The notes: generated by a model not told the origin, from the letters alone. Shown: positions 1 through 11,329, counted from the stretch's first letter. The stretch: 64,000 nt of DNA from Gammaproteobacteria bacterium (GCA_965238175.1 CBDEGZ010000003.1:64001-128000), one strand, 5' to 3'. Numbers and translations are program-made.

Positions 1-304
1 TAATCACCTGCACCTCCTTGTAACACCAACGAGTAAAGAGGAGTTGGCAAAATTTATACAATCGTTAGCCAATCGATATGTTCGATATTTTAATACAAAG
101 CATCAGCGAACAAATACTATCTGGAAAGGACATTTTAAATAATGAATCCGATTAAGACGAATATCATGAAAAACCTTAATCTGTTTAATAGGCTACCCGA
201 CTTCATGGTTGGATAATTGTTTTAAGACGTTTGCTATGATTAGCAAAATAGTGTCAATGTACCGATAAGAAAAAATCCATTTTTTCTTAATCTTAATTTA
301 GCTG

Positions 305-1162
305 CTAGATACTTACTTCCATCGCCTTTCGCAATTTTTGCATGGCTACCATTTCTAACTGACGTATTCTTTCTGCAGAAACGCCGTATTGATCGGCCAG
401 ATCATGCAAAGTGACTTTACTATCAGCCAGCCAACGTTTAGAAACAATATCTTTAGTGCGATCATCTAACGTATTCATCGCTTTATGTAATAAATTCATT
501 TGCTGGTTTTCATGCTGATCATTTTCAACAAGATTATCTGGCTGATATTGTTTATCAGCTTCAAGATATTGTCCCGGTGAAAAAGTATGATCGTCATCGT
601 CGGAATCAAAGCCAGGGTCAAAAGAGGCATCATGCGCACTCATGCGTTTTTCCATTTCTAAAACGGTTTGCGGTTTTACTCCGAGATCTTTTGCAACTTC
701 ATTGACTTCTTTCTGATTTAACCAACCTAGTCGCTTTTTAGAACTACGTAGGTTAAAGAATAATTTACGTTGCTCTTTTGTTGTGGCAACCTTGACGATG
801 CGCCAGTTTTTGATAATAAACTCATGCATTTCCGCACGAACCCAATGCACCGCATAAGTTACCAACCGAACACCAACCAGAGGGTTAAAACGTTTAACCG
901 CTTTCATCAGACCAATATTACCTTCCTGAATCAGGTCATTTTGCGCTAAACCATAACCGGTATAGCCGCGCGCGACTTTAACCACAAAACGAAGATGTGA
1001 CATGACCAACTGACGAGCAGCATCTAAATCGCCATTTTTCTGAAAGCGTTCAGCAAGATCATTCTCTTCTTCAGCGCTAAGCATCGGAATACGATTGACT
1101 GATTGTATATAGCCGTCCAACGAACCTGTTGGCAGCGCAAGTTGTAATTCAGTGTTAAGCAT
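305..1162 (-). CDS. rpoH: RNA polymerase sigma-32 factor
   Basis: Sigma70 region 2 ([14 protein letters not shown]), RpoH box QRKLFFNLR, region 4 (AERIRQLE); lies downstream of ftsYEX. Confidence 0.97.
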   Translation of the reverse strand: MLNTELQLALPTGSLDGYIQSVNRIPMLSAEEENDLAERFQKNGDLDAARQLVMSHLRFVVKVARGYTGYGLAQNDLIQEGNIGLMKAVKRFNPLVGVRLVTYAVHWVRAEMHEFIIKNWRIVKVATTKEQRKLFFNLRSSKKRLGWLNQKEVNEVAKDLGVKPQTVLEMEKRMSAHDASFDPGFDSDDDDHTFSPGQYLEADKQYQPDNLVENDQHENQQMNLLHKAMNTLDDRTKDIVSKRWLADSKVTLHDLADQYGVSAERIRQLEMVAMQKLRKAMEVSI

Positions 1163-1193
1163 ATTGGAATTCCTCCTTCTATATGTGCCTATT

Positions 1194-1220
1194 TTAGCAC
1201 TCCTGAAGATAGAGTGCTAA
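1194..1220. promoter_or_regulatory. CIRCE operator (HrcA site) upstream of rpoH
   Basis: Perfect TTAGCACTC-N9-GAGTGCTAA, 31 bp upstream of the rpoH ATG. Confidence 0.95.
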
Positions 1221-1237
1221 TAAATATAAAAAGTTCC
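1209..1237 (-). promoter_or_regulatory. Putative sigmaE-type promoter of rpoH overlapping CIRCE
   Basis: Minus strand GGAACTT-N17-TCTAT, similar to sigmaE/AlgU consensus. Confidence 0.5.
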
Positions 1238-1404
1238 AAATATTTCGGCAATCTAGTAACGAACTTTAACTAAAATCGCTATTTACGAGGTCTTTTTGAT
1301 TGAGATAAACCACGACTCAGGAGCTGAATACGCCCAATAGGGTGAGTAAGATAATATTCTAAGAAGGTAGTCATTTTGATGGAGTTAATTTGATCAGTTA
1401 AAAA

Positions 1405-1439
1405 CAAAAAACGCCATGAAAAATCAATGGCGTTTTTTG
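1405..1439. terminator. Intrinsic terminator hairpin
   Basis: CAAAAAACGCCAT...ATGGCGTTTTTTG inverted repeat just downstream of the GlsB/YeaQ gene. Confidence 0.75.
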
Positions 1440-1460
1440 ACGTTTGAGCTAAGAGAAATG

Positions 1461-1712
1461 TTAGGCTTTTTTAATCATTCCTACAACAAATAGGAGTAAA
1501 GCCGCACCAACAGTTGCTGTGACTATTGAACCAACTAATCCGCCAGCAGAAATGCCGAGCATTCCAAATACAAAGCCCCCAACTATTGCGCCAATAATAC
1601 CGACAATGATATTGCCAATAAGGCCAAACCCCCCACCCTTCATCAAGGTTCCCGCTAACCAGCCTGCTACAGCACCAATAAGCAAAAATATAATTAATCC
1701 GTTTATGTCCAT
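1461..1712 (-). CDS. GlsB/YeaQ/YmgE family membrane protein
   Basis: 83 aa Gly-rich hydrophobic protein, GAVAGWLA...GIIGAIVGG pattern. Confidence 0.9.
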   Translation of the reverse strand: MDINGLIIFLLIGAVAGWLAGTLMKGGGFGLIGNIIVGIIGAIVGGFVFGMLGISAGGLVGSIVTATVGAALLLFVVGMIKKA

Positions 1713-1851
1713 ACACCACCCCTTCTTCTGTTGTTAAAAAATCTTTTTTTATTTGTGAAATATTGTAACACTAGAAAGCTTAACACTAAATTAATGTATA
1801 CAAACAAAGGTGGAATCTTTCACTTAAGCTATTCTTCCATATAATATCAAA

Positions 1852-2820
1852 TTAACTATAATCGCTATTTTCAAGGTCTTTCTGATAAAGATAAACAACA
1901 ATCCAGGAACTAAGAACACCTAATATTGCACCACCAAATATGGTGAACAGGCAGTATTTAAAGAAAGAAGTTGTGTTTGATTGGACGTTAAGTTGGTAAG
2001 AACTTACGAGTTGGTGAATAGGTTCGGCGAGAATGAAATAACTAATATTTAATAAGATACAAGCAAGAATCCCACCGAGCAAACCATATACCAAACCGCT
2101 ATAAAGAAAGGGTCTCCTGATGAATGAGTTTGTGGCGCCGAATAAACGGGTGATCTGAATTTCTTGTACTCGGTGTTGAATGCCGACGCGGATTGTATTG
2201 CCGATGATAAGTAATACACTGATGATTAGTAACACTGAAAGTACGAATATAAATTTATTTAAAAGCTGAACAATCGCATGTAGCCGTCGTGACCAATGGT
2301 TATCAAATTGAGTTAGATCAATTTCTTTATAAGCTTTGAATTTTTCGACCAGTGCTTGGAGTTCTTCGGGAGATTCTTCGTTTGCAGCTTGTATATTCAA
2401 AACAGCAGGTAGCGGGTTGTCTCCAAGAAACTCAATCAATTTAGCCTGCCCGGAAATTTGTCGAAACTCTTCCAATGCTTGCTCGCTGGAGATGTAATTG
2501 ATAATACCTACTTTATGAGTTGTTGCGATTTTGATCTTCAGCTGATCAATTTCATCTTCACTTAGATCATTTTTTAGATACACAGAAATCGTATTGGTGG
2601 AATTGATATTTCCGGTGAGTTGATCGAGATTATTAAGCAATAAAGATAATCCTGCCGGTAAAGCCAGTGCGATCGCAATAACGGCTATCGTGAGAATACT
2701 CGAAACAGGTGATCGAAATAATTGATTGAGACTTTCTTTAAGGCAACGCAAATGAGTTTGCGACCAGCTTTCTAGTTTTTGTTTAATCGTGATCGATGTT
2801 TTTTTATTCTTATCGTTCAC
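1852..2820 (-). CDS. ftsX: Cell division permease FtsX
   Basis: IGNTIR...GATNSFIRRPFLY motif; follows ftsE. Confidence 0.95.
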   Translation of the reverse strand: MNDKNKKTSITIKQKLESWSQTHLRCLKESLNQLFRSPVSSILTIAVIAIALALPAGLSLLLNNLDQLTGNINSTNTISVYLKNDLSEDEIDQLKIKIATTHKVGIINYISSEQALEEFRQISGQAKLIEFLGDNPLPAVLNIQAANEESPEELQALVEKFKAYKEIDLTQFDNHWSRRLHAIVQLLNKFIFVLSVLLIISVLLIIGNTIRVGIQHRVQEIQITRLFGATNSFIRRPFLYSGLVYGLLGGILACILLNISYFILAEPIHQLVSSYQLNVQSNTTSFFKYCLFTIFGGAILGVLSSWIVVYLYQKDLENSDYS

Positions 2821-3527
2821 GTCATTTTATCCTTTTCTTGCGTGTTATCTGATCCGCTATTCAGATCTGAATCGAGAATAACCTGTTGGCCATCACGTAA
2901 AGCAATCAAACGGTGTCCAAGCCGCATCGCCATTTGAATTTCATGTGTCGCAATGACAACAGTGACACCGATACTATTAAATTCTTCAAATAAGCGCATT
3001 ATTTCGATCGAAAGTGCAGGATCGAGGTTTCCGGTTGGCTCGTCGGCAAGCAATATAGGTGGTCGGTTGACAACCGCACGCGCAATACCTACACGTTGTT
3101 GTTCACCGCTTGAGAGCATCTGGGGTAGTTTTTTTTCTTTTGACAGTAAACCAACTTTGTCTAACGCGGCATGAACACGATGCGGAATTTCTTTGTAGTC
3201 AAACCCGGAGATAACAAGTGGTAGTGCAACGTTATCAAAGGCACTGCGATCATTTAACAGGCGATGATCCTGAAAAATAAAGCCGATTTGACGACGAAGA
3301 AAATAGCGATGCTTTTCGGCTATTTTTTGGATATTAATATTGTCGATCAATATTTCACCACGCGTGTGGCTTTCCATCAGCGCGATTAGGCGCAGTAACG
3401 TGCTTTTTCCAGCACCAGAATGTCCAGTAACGAAGACCATCTGTTCGGGGGGAATATATAGATCCAGCGATTTAAGTGCTTCGCCTTGTCCTGGATAGAG
3501 TTTTGTGACGTTGGAGAATCTGATCAT
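2817..3527 (-). CDS. ftsE: Cell division ATP-binding protein FtsE
   Basis: GHSGAGKST, FQDHRLL, ADEPTGNLD. Confidence 0.96.
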   Translation of the reverse strand: MIRFSNVTKLYPGQGEALKSLDLYIPPEQMVFVTGHSGAGKSTLLRLIALMESHTRGEILIDNINIQKIAEKHRYFLRRQIGFIFQDHRLLNDRSAFDNVALPLVISGFDYKEIPHRVHAALDKVGLLSKEKKLPQMLSSGEQQRVGIARAVVNRPPILLADEPTGNLDPALSIEIMRLFEEFNSIGVTVVIATHEIQMAMRLGHRLIALRDGQQVILDSDLNSGSDNTQEKDKMT

Positions 3528-3545
3528 TATTTAATAAGCGTGAGT

Positions 3546-4562
3546 TTATGCTTCATCCATATCCAAAAGCGCATCGACAAAATCTTTCGCATCAAATACG
3601 CGCAGATCCTCTTTTTGCTCGCCGACGCCGATATATCGGATCGGAAAGTTAAATTTCTCAGCCAGCGCAAAGATCACACCGCCTTTTGCCGTCCCATCTA
3701 ATTTTGTCAATGTCAGTCCGGTTAAACCTGCAACCTCATCAAACTTTTCAGCTTGATTTAGCGCATTTTGTCCGGTGGTAGAGTCGATAACCAACATCAC
3801 TTCATGCGGTGCAGTTTCATCGACTTTGCTGATGACGCGACGAATTTTGCGTAGCTCTTCCATCAAATGACTTTGGGTTTGTAAACGACCGGCGGTGTCT
3901 GCGATCAAAACATTAATATTTTTTGCTTTGCAGGAGGAAACGGCATCAAAAATCACCGAAGCAGGATCTGCTGAGCCAGATTGGGCAATTACAGTAACAT
4001 TATTTCGTTCACCCCAGGTTTGTAATTGTTCTACTGCAGCAGCTCGAAAAGTATCTCCAGCAGCAAGTGCGACTGAAAGCCCCTGCTCCTGGAATCTTTT
4101 TGTAAGTTTTCCAATGGTGGTGGTTTTACCTGCGCCATTGACACCGACCATCAGTAAAACAAAAGGGTCATCAAGATCGCGTGGAATTTCAAGAGGTCGG
4201 CAAGCGGGTTCTAATAATTCTAACATTTGATCACGCAACGCCATTTTTAAAGACTGACCATCTTCAAGCTTGTGTTTTTTTAAGCGTTCACGCAATCCTT
4301 GGATAATGGTTTCAGTCGCTTCAACACCCACATCTGAGATTAATAGTTGATCCTCCAACTCTTCTAATGATTGGGCATCAATCTTTTCTCCACGGCGAAA
4401 CAGATCAGAAATCCCACCGGTCATATTCTCCCGGGTACGACTCAGCCCATTTTTTAAACCCTGAAAAAAGCCTTTTTTATCCGGTTGTTTATCTTTACTG
4501 GAGTTTTCTTCTTTTTGCTCAGAAGCTTGTTCGTTTGTCTTTTTGCGTCCAAATGTAAACAT
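3546..4562 (-). CDS. ftsY: SRP receptor FtsY
   Basis: GVNGAGKTTT, DTFRAAA, DTAGR, TKLDGTAKGG. Confidence 0.97.
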   Translation of the reverse strand: MFTFGRKKTNEQASEQKEENSSKDKQPDKKGFFQGLKNGLSRTRENMTGGISDLFRRGEKIDAQSLEELEDQLLISDVGVEATETIIQGLRERLKKHKLEDGQSLKMALRDQMLELLEPACRPLEIPRDLDDPFVLLMVGVNGAGKTTTIGKLTKRFQEQGLSVALAAGDTFRAAAVEQLQTWGERNNVTVIAQSGSADPASVIFDAVSSCKAKNINVLIADTAGRLQTQSHLMEELRKIRRVISKVDETAPHEVMLVIDSTTGQNALNQAEKFDEVAGLTGLTLTKLDGTAKGGVIFALAEKFNFPIRYIGVGEQKEDLRVFDAKDFVDALLDMDEA

Positions 4563-4639
4563 AATGGGTAAGTGGAGGAACTAATTTAGAGAATGCGATA
4601 TCCTACCACTCGAATAGACGAACGAGGAGAGGAAAAACG

Positions 4640-6058
4640 GTGTTTTACAAACCCCAAAGATTATTAGTCGCGGCTTTGCTTACAATGCAGGTTGTTTTTC
4701 CAACAACAATAAGCGCTGTAACCGAGAGTAAGAGCACATCTGCAAACACACACGAGTTTAGGTTGGAAAACGGTTTGAAGTTGATCATTCAAGAAGATCA
4801 TCGCTCGCCGGTTGTTGTAACTCAGGTCTGGTATAAAGTCGGTGCAAGTTATGAGCATGAGGGAATTACCGGGCTTTCTCACATGCTTGAACATATGATG
4901 TTCAAAGGCACGGAAGATCTTGCGCCGGGAGAGTTTTCCCGAATTATTGCCGAGAATGGTGGGCGAGAAAATGCCTTCACTGGACGAGATTACACTGCCT
5001 ATTATCAGCAATTGGAAAAGTCTCGCTTACCTATCAGTTTCAAATTAGAAGCAGATCGAATGAGAAATTTGATCATTTCTGATGAAGAGTTCTTAAAAGA
5101 GCGAAAGGTCGTTTCTGAAGAGCGTCGTATGAGAACCGATGATAAACCACAGGCCTTGGGTTATGAAAAATTGATGGCCGCAGCCCATCAAACCAGCCCT
5201 TATCGAAATCCGGTTATCGGTTGGATGGCTGACATTGAAAATTATGAACCACAGGATATGCGTGATTGGTATCAAATGTGGTATGCACCCAATAATGCGA
5301 CGGTTGTAGTGGTCGGTGATGTTAATCCAACTGAGGTTTACGAATTAGCAAAAAAACATTTCGGACCATTAAAACCTGAAACACTGGCGGTACTTAAAGC
5401 GCGCCCAGAGATCCCACAAACAGGTGAAAAGCGATTAGTCGTTTATGACAATACCCAAGTTCCATACATGATCATGGGTTATAAAGTGCCTTCTTTAGTA
5501 GAAGCTTTTTCTGATTCGGAAATTTCTGAAAAAGAGATCTATGCGCTGGAGGTTTTATCCGGTGTGCTGGATGGCGGTAACAGTGCACGTTTGACTAAAA
5601 ATTTGGTTCGAGGACAAGAAGTTGCTTCAAGTGCAGGTGCGGGTTATTCCATGTTGTCACGATTGCAAACCTTGTTTTTGTTTGATGGAACGCCTGCTCA
5701 AGGACAATCCCTGGAAAATCTGGAAAAAGCTATCAGAGATGAGATCGCAAAAGTAAAAAATGAGCCACTCGATGAAAAGGAAATGGCCAGGGTAAAAACA
5801 CAAGTTATTACCAGTGATGTTTATGAAAAAGACTCGGTTTACTATCAGGCGATGATCATAGGCACGTTGGAGACAGTAGGTCTGGATTGGAAACTGCGTG
5901 ATGAATATGTCGAGAAAGTACAAGCCGTTACCGCTGAAGAAGTTCAGGCCGCAGCAAGAAAATATTTGATTGATGATCATCTTACGGTAGAGCATTTATA
6001 TCCCCTACCCGCCACTTCAGCAGCATCTGATCAAATCACTACCGCAGCAAATCACTAA
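4640..6058 (+). CDS. M16 zinc metallopeptidase, catalytic subunit
   Basis: HMLEH inverted zinc motif, NAFT; signal peptide; usual context divergent from ftsY. Confidence 0.92.
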   Translation: MFYKPQRLLVAALLTMQVVFPTTISAVTESKSTSANTHEFRLENGLKLIIQEDHRSPVVVTQVWYKVGASYEHEGITGLSHMLEHMMFKGTEDLAPGEFSRIIAENGGRENAFTGRDYTAYYQQLEKSRLPISFKLEADRMRNLIISDEEFLKERKVVSEERRMRTDDKPQALGYEKLMAAAHQTSPYRNPVIGWMADIENYEPQDMRDWYQMWYAPNNATVVVVGDVNPTEVYELAKKHFGPLKPETLAVLKARPEIPQTGEKRLVVYDNTQVPYMIMGYKVPSLVEAFSDSEISEKEIYALEVLSGVLDGGNSARLTKNLVRGQEVASSAGAGYSMLSRLQTLFLFDGTPAQGQSLENLEKAIRDEIAKVKNEPLDEKEMARVKTQVITSDVYEKDSVYYQAMIIGTLETVGLDWKLRDEYVEKVQAVTAEEVQAAARKYLIDDHLTVEHLYPLPATSAASDQITTAANH

Positions 6059-6061
6059 AGG

Positions 6062-7408
6062 TTGTTAACTATGAGACTAATAAGTTTTGTTCTTTTATTT
6101 CTGTCCGGCGTTGCTCACGCGGGTCCAGCAATCCAAACCTGGGAAACAAATAACGGTGCAAGAGTCTATTTTGTTGCCGCACCAGAATTACCGATGGTTG
6201 ATCTTCGAGTTGTCTTCGATGCTGGTAGTGCACGCGAAAATGATAAATGGGGTTTGTCAGCACTGACAAATGGCGTTATGACAGAAGGTGCTGACGGTCT
6301 AAGTGCGGAACAGATCAGCGAATACTTTGAAGATGTAGGGGCACAACTGGGTAGTGGATCACTTCGAGATATGGCCTATGTTTCTGTAAGAACAATTACA
6401 AACCCTGCGAATTTTGATCCGGCACTAGAAGGTTTGGCCAAAGTGATCACCAAACCAGATTTTCCAAAAACCGCTTTTGAACGTCAACAGAAACGAACAC
6501 TGATTGGAATAGAACAGAAAAAACAATCACCTTCAGCAATTGCAGGTGATGCTTTCTATCATGCAGTTTATGGTGATCATCCTTATGCTCATCCTAGTAG
6601 TGGTACTGAGGAAACGGTTTCCAGTTTTACACGTGAAGATCTCATTAGTTTTTATACAAAATGGTATACCGCGAGAAATTCAGTGATTGCTATTGTTGGC
6701 GATCTAAGTCTGGATCAAGCAAAAGCGGCGGCAGAGAAAGTCGTTGGTAATTTACCCGTTGGTAAGAAAGCGCCGTGTTTAGAACCCGTTGCTGATCTAA
6801 CTGAAGCAAAAATAGTACGCATTCATCACCCGTCTTCACAAACGACGATTTATGTTGGACAACCAGGCATGAAACGCGGTGCTCCCGATTATTTCCCACT
6901 TTATGTTGGTAACCATTCTTTAGGCGGCAGCGGACTTGTTTCACGTCTAAGTGATGAGGTGCGAGAAAAGCGTGGACTTTCTTATAGTGTCTATAGTTAT
7001 TTTTCGCCAATGGGTCAAAAAGGACCATTCATATCTGGCATGCAAACGCGAAATGAGCAAGTCGACGAAGGCTTAACCGTATTAAAAGAGACGATTAAAA
7101 GTTACGTGGTGGATGGACAAACTGAAGCGGAATTTTCTGCCTCTGTAAAAAACATCACGGGTGGTTTTCCATTGCGTATCGACAACAACGGAAAAATTGT
7201 TGAATATCTTTCCATGATCGGATTTTATGATCTGCCTCTTGATTATCTCGACACATTTATCAGCAAAATAGATTCGCTCACAGTAGATCAAACCCGAGAC
7301 GCTTTGAGACGTAATCTTGATCCTGAAAAGATGGTGACAATCATTGTCGGTGGAAGTGTCGAAAAATCAGCCGAAGGATCGCCTGGAAAGTCGGCTGAAG
7401 GTTCATAA
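6062..7408 (+). CDS. M16 peptidase, non-catalytic partner subunit
   Basis: M16 motifs (EVREKRGLSY) without HxxEH; signal peptide. Confidence 0.9.
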   Translation: MLTMRLISFVLLFLSGVAHAGPAIQTWETNNGARVYFVAAPELPMVDLRVVFDAGSARENDKWGLSALTNGVMTEGADGLSAEQISEYFEDVGAQLGSGSLRDMAYVSVRTITNPANFDPALEGLAKVITKPDFPKTAFERQQKRTLIGIEQKKQSPSAIAGDAFYHAVYGDHPYAHPSSGTEETVSSFTREDLISFYTKWYTARNSVIAIVGDLSLDQAKAAAEKVVGNLPVGKKAPCLEPVADLTEAKIVRIHHPSSQTTIYVGQPGMKRGAPDYFPLYVGNHSLGGSGLVSRLSDEVREKRGLSYSVYSYFSPMGQKGPFISGMQTRNEQVDEGLTVLKETIKSYVVDGQTEAEFSASVKNITGGFPLRIDNNGKIVEYLSMIGFYDLPLDYLDTFISKIDSLTVDQTRDALRRNLDPEKMVTIIVGGSVEKSAEGSPGKSAEGS

Positions 7409-7412
7409 AACT

Positions 7413-8006
7413 TTGGCGAAAAGCCAACGTTCCTCGACTTCAGGCTCAGGGACGGTACGGATCATTGCTGGTGAGTTCCGTAGTCGGAAATTACCCGTTG
7501 TAGAAGTAGCAGGTTTGCGACCAACAACAGATCGCATCCGCGAAACGCTGTTTAATTGGTTGCAACACTCGACTGTAAGTGCTCACTGTCTTGACATGTA
7601 CGCAGGAACAGGTGCTCTTGGATTTGAAGCTGCATCACGTGGCGCAGCAAAAGTAGTGATGATTGAGCAAGATCGTAATGCTTTTTCAGGTTTGCATCAG
7701 TCTGTTGAGCTACTTAAAACCGAAAAAGTAGAACTTATAAACACCAATGCTTTAACTTGGTTAGAAGGTGGAATAGAAACTGCCGAACTAGAATTCGATA
7801 TTATTTTTGTTGATCCGCCTTTTGATCAAAATTTGGCTTTAAAATCTCTGGAAAAACTAATGTGTTCTTCGTGTATAAAATCCGGCACATTGATCTATTT
7901 GGAAGAAAACGCACAAGCCGATCAGATCACGCTTCCTGAAACGCTAGAAATCATAAAACAGGCAAAGGCGGGGCAAGTTAAATACTCTCTCCTAAAGCTA
8001 CTCTAA
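7413..8006 (+). CDS. rsmD: 16S rRNA m2G966 methyltransferase
   Basis: RIIAG, LRPTTDRIRETLFNWL, DPPF; TTG start inferred. Confidence 0.93.
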   Translation: MAKSQRSSTSGSGTVRIIAGEFRSRKLPVVEVAGLRPTTDRIRETLFNWLQHSTVSAHCLDMYAGTGALGFEAASRGAAKVVMIEQDRNAFSGLHQSVELLKTEKVELINTNALTWLEGGIETAELEFDIIFVDPPFDQNLALKSLEKLMCSSCIKSGTLIYLEENAQADQITLPETLEIIKQAKAGQVKYSLLKLL

Positions 8007-8026
8007 AAATAAGCTAGAATTAAGTC

Positions 8027-8512
8027 ATGAGCAAAAAAGCAATTTACCCGGGAACCTTTGATCCAATTACCTACGGACACCTAGATATTATCAAACGAGC
8101 ATCAGAGATGTTTGATGAAATATTGGTTGCTGTTGCAGACACAGAGAGTACCTCTAAAAAGACTTTGTTCTCGACAGAAGAAAGAATTGTACTGATCAAA
8201 GAATCGCTACGCGATTTTTCCAATGTGAAAGTTATTTCATTTAATCGCTTAGTGACTAATTGTGCACGTGAAAATGAGGCTATGATCATTCTTCGAGGTC
8301 TGCGTAGTGTGTCAGATTTTGAATATGAATTTCAGATGGCGGGACTAAACCGCAAACTTTTCCCACAAGTCAATACAATATTTATTACACCTGATGAACA
8401 ATATTCTTGTATATCGTCTAGCTTAGTTCGAGAAATTGCAAAACTTGAGGGCGATGTGAGCGAGTTTGTACCCTCCAATGTGTTAATTGCTCTGAATAAT
8501 CGGTTTGGATAA
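8027..8512 (+). CDS. coaD: Phosphopantetheine adenylyltransferase
   Basis: YPGTFDPITYGHLDII, RGLR, SSSLVREIA. Confidence 0.97.
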   Translation: MSKKAIYPGTFDPITYGHLDIIKRASEMFDEILVAVADTESTSKKTLFSTEERIVLIKESLRDFSNVKVISFNRLVTNCARENEAMIILRGLRSVSDFEYEFQMAGLNRKLFPQVNTIFITPDEQYSCISSSLVREIAKLEGDVSEFVPSNVLIALNNRFG

Positions 8513-8525
8513 ACATTGTGAATAG

Positions 8526-8813
<288 letters not shown>

Positions 8814-8829
8814 GCCAAACGGAGCTGAA

Positions 8830-10512
8830 ATGAGACATTTCATTATTTTATTGTTATTTTTAAATTCATCGCTTACGGTTTTTGCATACGAGAAACATCC
8901 TGCCGTAATAGCATCGGCTAAACCTCTTGCTACCGAAGCGGGTCTGGAAACTTTACGGCAAGGTGGTAATGCATTTGATGCTGCAATTACCGTCTCAGCA
9001 GTACTCGCAGTGGTTGAACCTCAATCCTCCGGCATTGGCGGCGGAGGCTTTTGGTTATTGCATCAAGAGAAAGATGACAAACAAATCATGATCGATGGAC
9101 GTGAAATGGCACCAGGAAAATCACATCGAGATATGTATCTTGATCAAGCTGGGGAAGTTGTTTCAAATCTTTCATTGAATGGTGCTTTAGCCGCAGGTAT
9201 TCCAGGAGAGATTGCTGCGCTGGTTCATATTTCAGAAAAGTATGGAAAATTACCTTTATCAAAAACACTTGCACCCGCAATCAAAGCCGCAGAAGAAGGT
9301 TTTTTAGTCACAGAGCGCATACAAAGGATGATCAAGTTTCGACTTGAGGTGCTTAGGTCCTTTCCAGAATCAACGAAGATTTTTTTAGAAAATAATGAAG
9401 TCCCATCGTTAGGATATAAGATCATCCAAAGAGATCTGGCCACAACCTTACGTGCAGTAGCAAAACAAGGGTCAGCAGGTTTTTATCAGGGTGACGTAGC
9501 TAAAAAATTGATCGAGGGTGTTCAAGCAGCAGATGGAATTTGGTCGCAGGAAGATCTTAAAAACTATCAAGTTATTGAACGTAAACCTATTACTGGAACC
9601 TATCATGGTATAAAAATCACCTCGGCTGCACCACCTTCTTCAGGTGGAATAGTTATGACACAAGCGCTTAATATTCTTGAACAAACCCCATTATCGTCTT
9701 TGTCTGGGATCACAAAAAAACATGTCGTAATCGAGGCGATGCGAAGAGCCTATCAGGATCGTGCAATCTACCTTGGCGATCCGGATTTTGTCGATATTCC
9801 AAAACATATTACAACTAAATCCTATGCCGGTATTAAAGCGGGATCGATAAAAGTTGATCAGGCAACGCCGAGTGAAATATTTAAGAGAGAAGTACCTGAA
9901 GGAGAGGACACCACCCATTTTTCGGTTCTTGATTCTGAAGGAAACCGAGTGTCTGCAACCTTAAGCATTAATTATCCATTCGGCTCAGGTTTTGTCGTAC
10001 CGGGAACTGGAGTATTACTGAATGATGAAATGGATGATTTTTCGATTCGTCCAGATACACCCAATGCCTATGGTTTGATTGGTGGTAAGGCAAATAAAAT
10101 AGCACCAGGTAAACGACCATTGTCGAGTATGTCGCCAACATTTTTGGAAACAGAAGATAAAGTCGCTATCGTCGGAACCCCTGGTGGTAGTCGAATTATC
10201 AGTATGGTGTTGTTAGCGGTTCTCGACTTTTCCGAAGGAAACTCGCCAGAGTCGTGGGTCTCATTACCTCGATATCACCATCAGTATATGCCAGATAGCA
10301 TCCTTTTTGAGCCTGGTACATTTTCTGATCACGAAAAAAGAGAACTTATCGCTATGGGACACCAACTTAAACCAAAGACACGATCTTATGGCAATATGCA
10401 GGCAATCTTATTTGATCGAAAAACGGGTGAAATAAAAGCCGCTAGTGATCCTCGAGGAGAAGGAAGTGCCCAGTTCACACAAACCGAGGCAATAAAAAGT
10501 GAACAAAGATGA
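8830..10512 (+). CDS. ggt: Gamma-glutamyltransferase
   Basis: GGNAFDAA, EDTTHFS catalytic Thr, PGKRPLSSMSP; ATG at 8830 begins a signal peptide. Confidence 0.95.
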   Translation: MRHFIILLLFLNSSLTVFAYEKHPAVIASAKPLATEAGLETLRQGGNAFDAAITVSAVLAVVEPQSSGIGGGGFWLLHQEKDDKQIMIDGREMAPGKSHRDMYLDQAGEVVSNLSLNGALAAGIPGEIAALVHISEKYGKLPLSKTLAPAIKAAEEGFLVTERIQRMIKFRLEVLRSFPESTKIFLENNEVPSLGYKIIQRDLATTLRAVAKQGSAGFYQGDVAKKLIEGVQAADGIWSQEDLKNYQVIERKPITGTYHGIKITSAAPPSSGGIVMTQALNILEQTPLSSLSGITKKHVVIEAMRRAYQDRAIYLGDPDFVDIPKHITTKSYAGIKAGSIKVDQATPSEIFKREVPEGEDTTHFSVLDSEGNRVSATLSINYPFGSGFVVPGTGVLLNDEMDDFSIRPDTPNAYGLIGGKANKIAPGKRPLSSMSPTFLETEDKVAIVGTPGGSRIISMVLLAVLDFSEGNSPESWVSLPRYHHQYMPDSILFEPGTFSDHEKRELIAMGHQLKPKTRSYGNMQAILFDRKTGEIKAASDPRGEGSAQFTQTEAIKSEQR

Positions 10513-10556
10513 GTGAAGCTGGTCGAAATTACAAACAACGATAAAGAGGATTTCAC

Positions 10557-11315
10557 ATGAAAACAATTATTTTAATGCTCGCGGTTTGGTTTTCCCTTAT
10601 TGCTTACGTTCAAGCAGAGCCACAAACATTCACCAGCACAGATAAACGTGTCAATTTAGTTGAACTTTATACATCCGAAGGTTGCAGCAGTTGTCCCCCA
10701 GCAGAAAAGTGGATGGGCAAGCTAAAAAATGATGATCGTTTATGGAAAGAATTTATACCGGTCGCTTTTCACGTGGATTATTGGAATTATATAGGTTGGC
10801 CAGACAGATTCGCATCTCCTCAATATAGCCAGCGCCAACGTAGTTATGCGGCAGGCAATAATTTAAGTACGGTTTACACACCGGGCGTAATGTTGAATGG
10901 CAAAGAGTGGCGATCATTAAGAAATAAACAAGCACTTGATCAGAATAAATCAAATGTTGTTGGCACATTAGAAGTAGGAGTAGATACAGAACAGGTTATG
11001 GCCAATTTTGCTATCGCCGATCATGTTATAGCTGAAAATGATAAACCAGCTTTTTTGAATGTCGCGATTTTAGGATTTGATCTCATCACAAAGGTCAAAG
11101 CAGGCGAAAATCATGGGAAAAAATTGGAGCATGATTTTGTTGTTCTCGGCTATAAAAGAGTTTCAATGAAGAATTCAGAAAACGGCTATGAATTAACAAC
11201 AAAACTACCAATGTTGGTGGAAGCCGCTGCTAAAACAGGCTTGGCAGTTTGGGTTGATTATGGAAAAGATTTAATGCCCGTTCAGGCAACAGGTGGTTGG
11301 TTAGCGAGTAGATAA
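10557..11315 (+). CDS. DUF1223 thioredoxin-like secreted protein
   Basis: VELYTSEGCSSCPPAE, FHVDYWNYIGW, VYTP. Confidence 0.88.
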   Translation: MKTIILMLAVWFSLIAYVQAEPQTFTSTDKRVNLVELYTSEGCSSCPPAEKWMGKLKNDDRLWKEFIPVAFHVDYWNYIGWPDRFASPQYSQRQRSYAAGNNLSTVYTPGVMLNGKEWRSLRNKQALDQNKSNVVGTLEVGVDTEQVMANFAIADHVIAENDKPAFLNVAILGFDLITKVKAGENHGKKLEHDFVVLGYKRVSMKNSENGYELTTKLPMLVEAAAKTGLAVWVDYGKDLMPVQATGGWLASR

Positions 11316-11329
11316 AGGTTTATTTTTGA

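Noticed and set aside
7362-7405. KSAEGS-PG-KSAEGS duplication at the M16 subunit C-terminus
   Set aside because: Short degenerate duplication in a disordered tail with no sign of function
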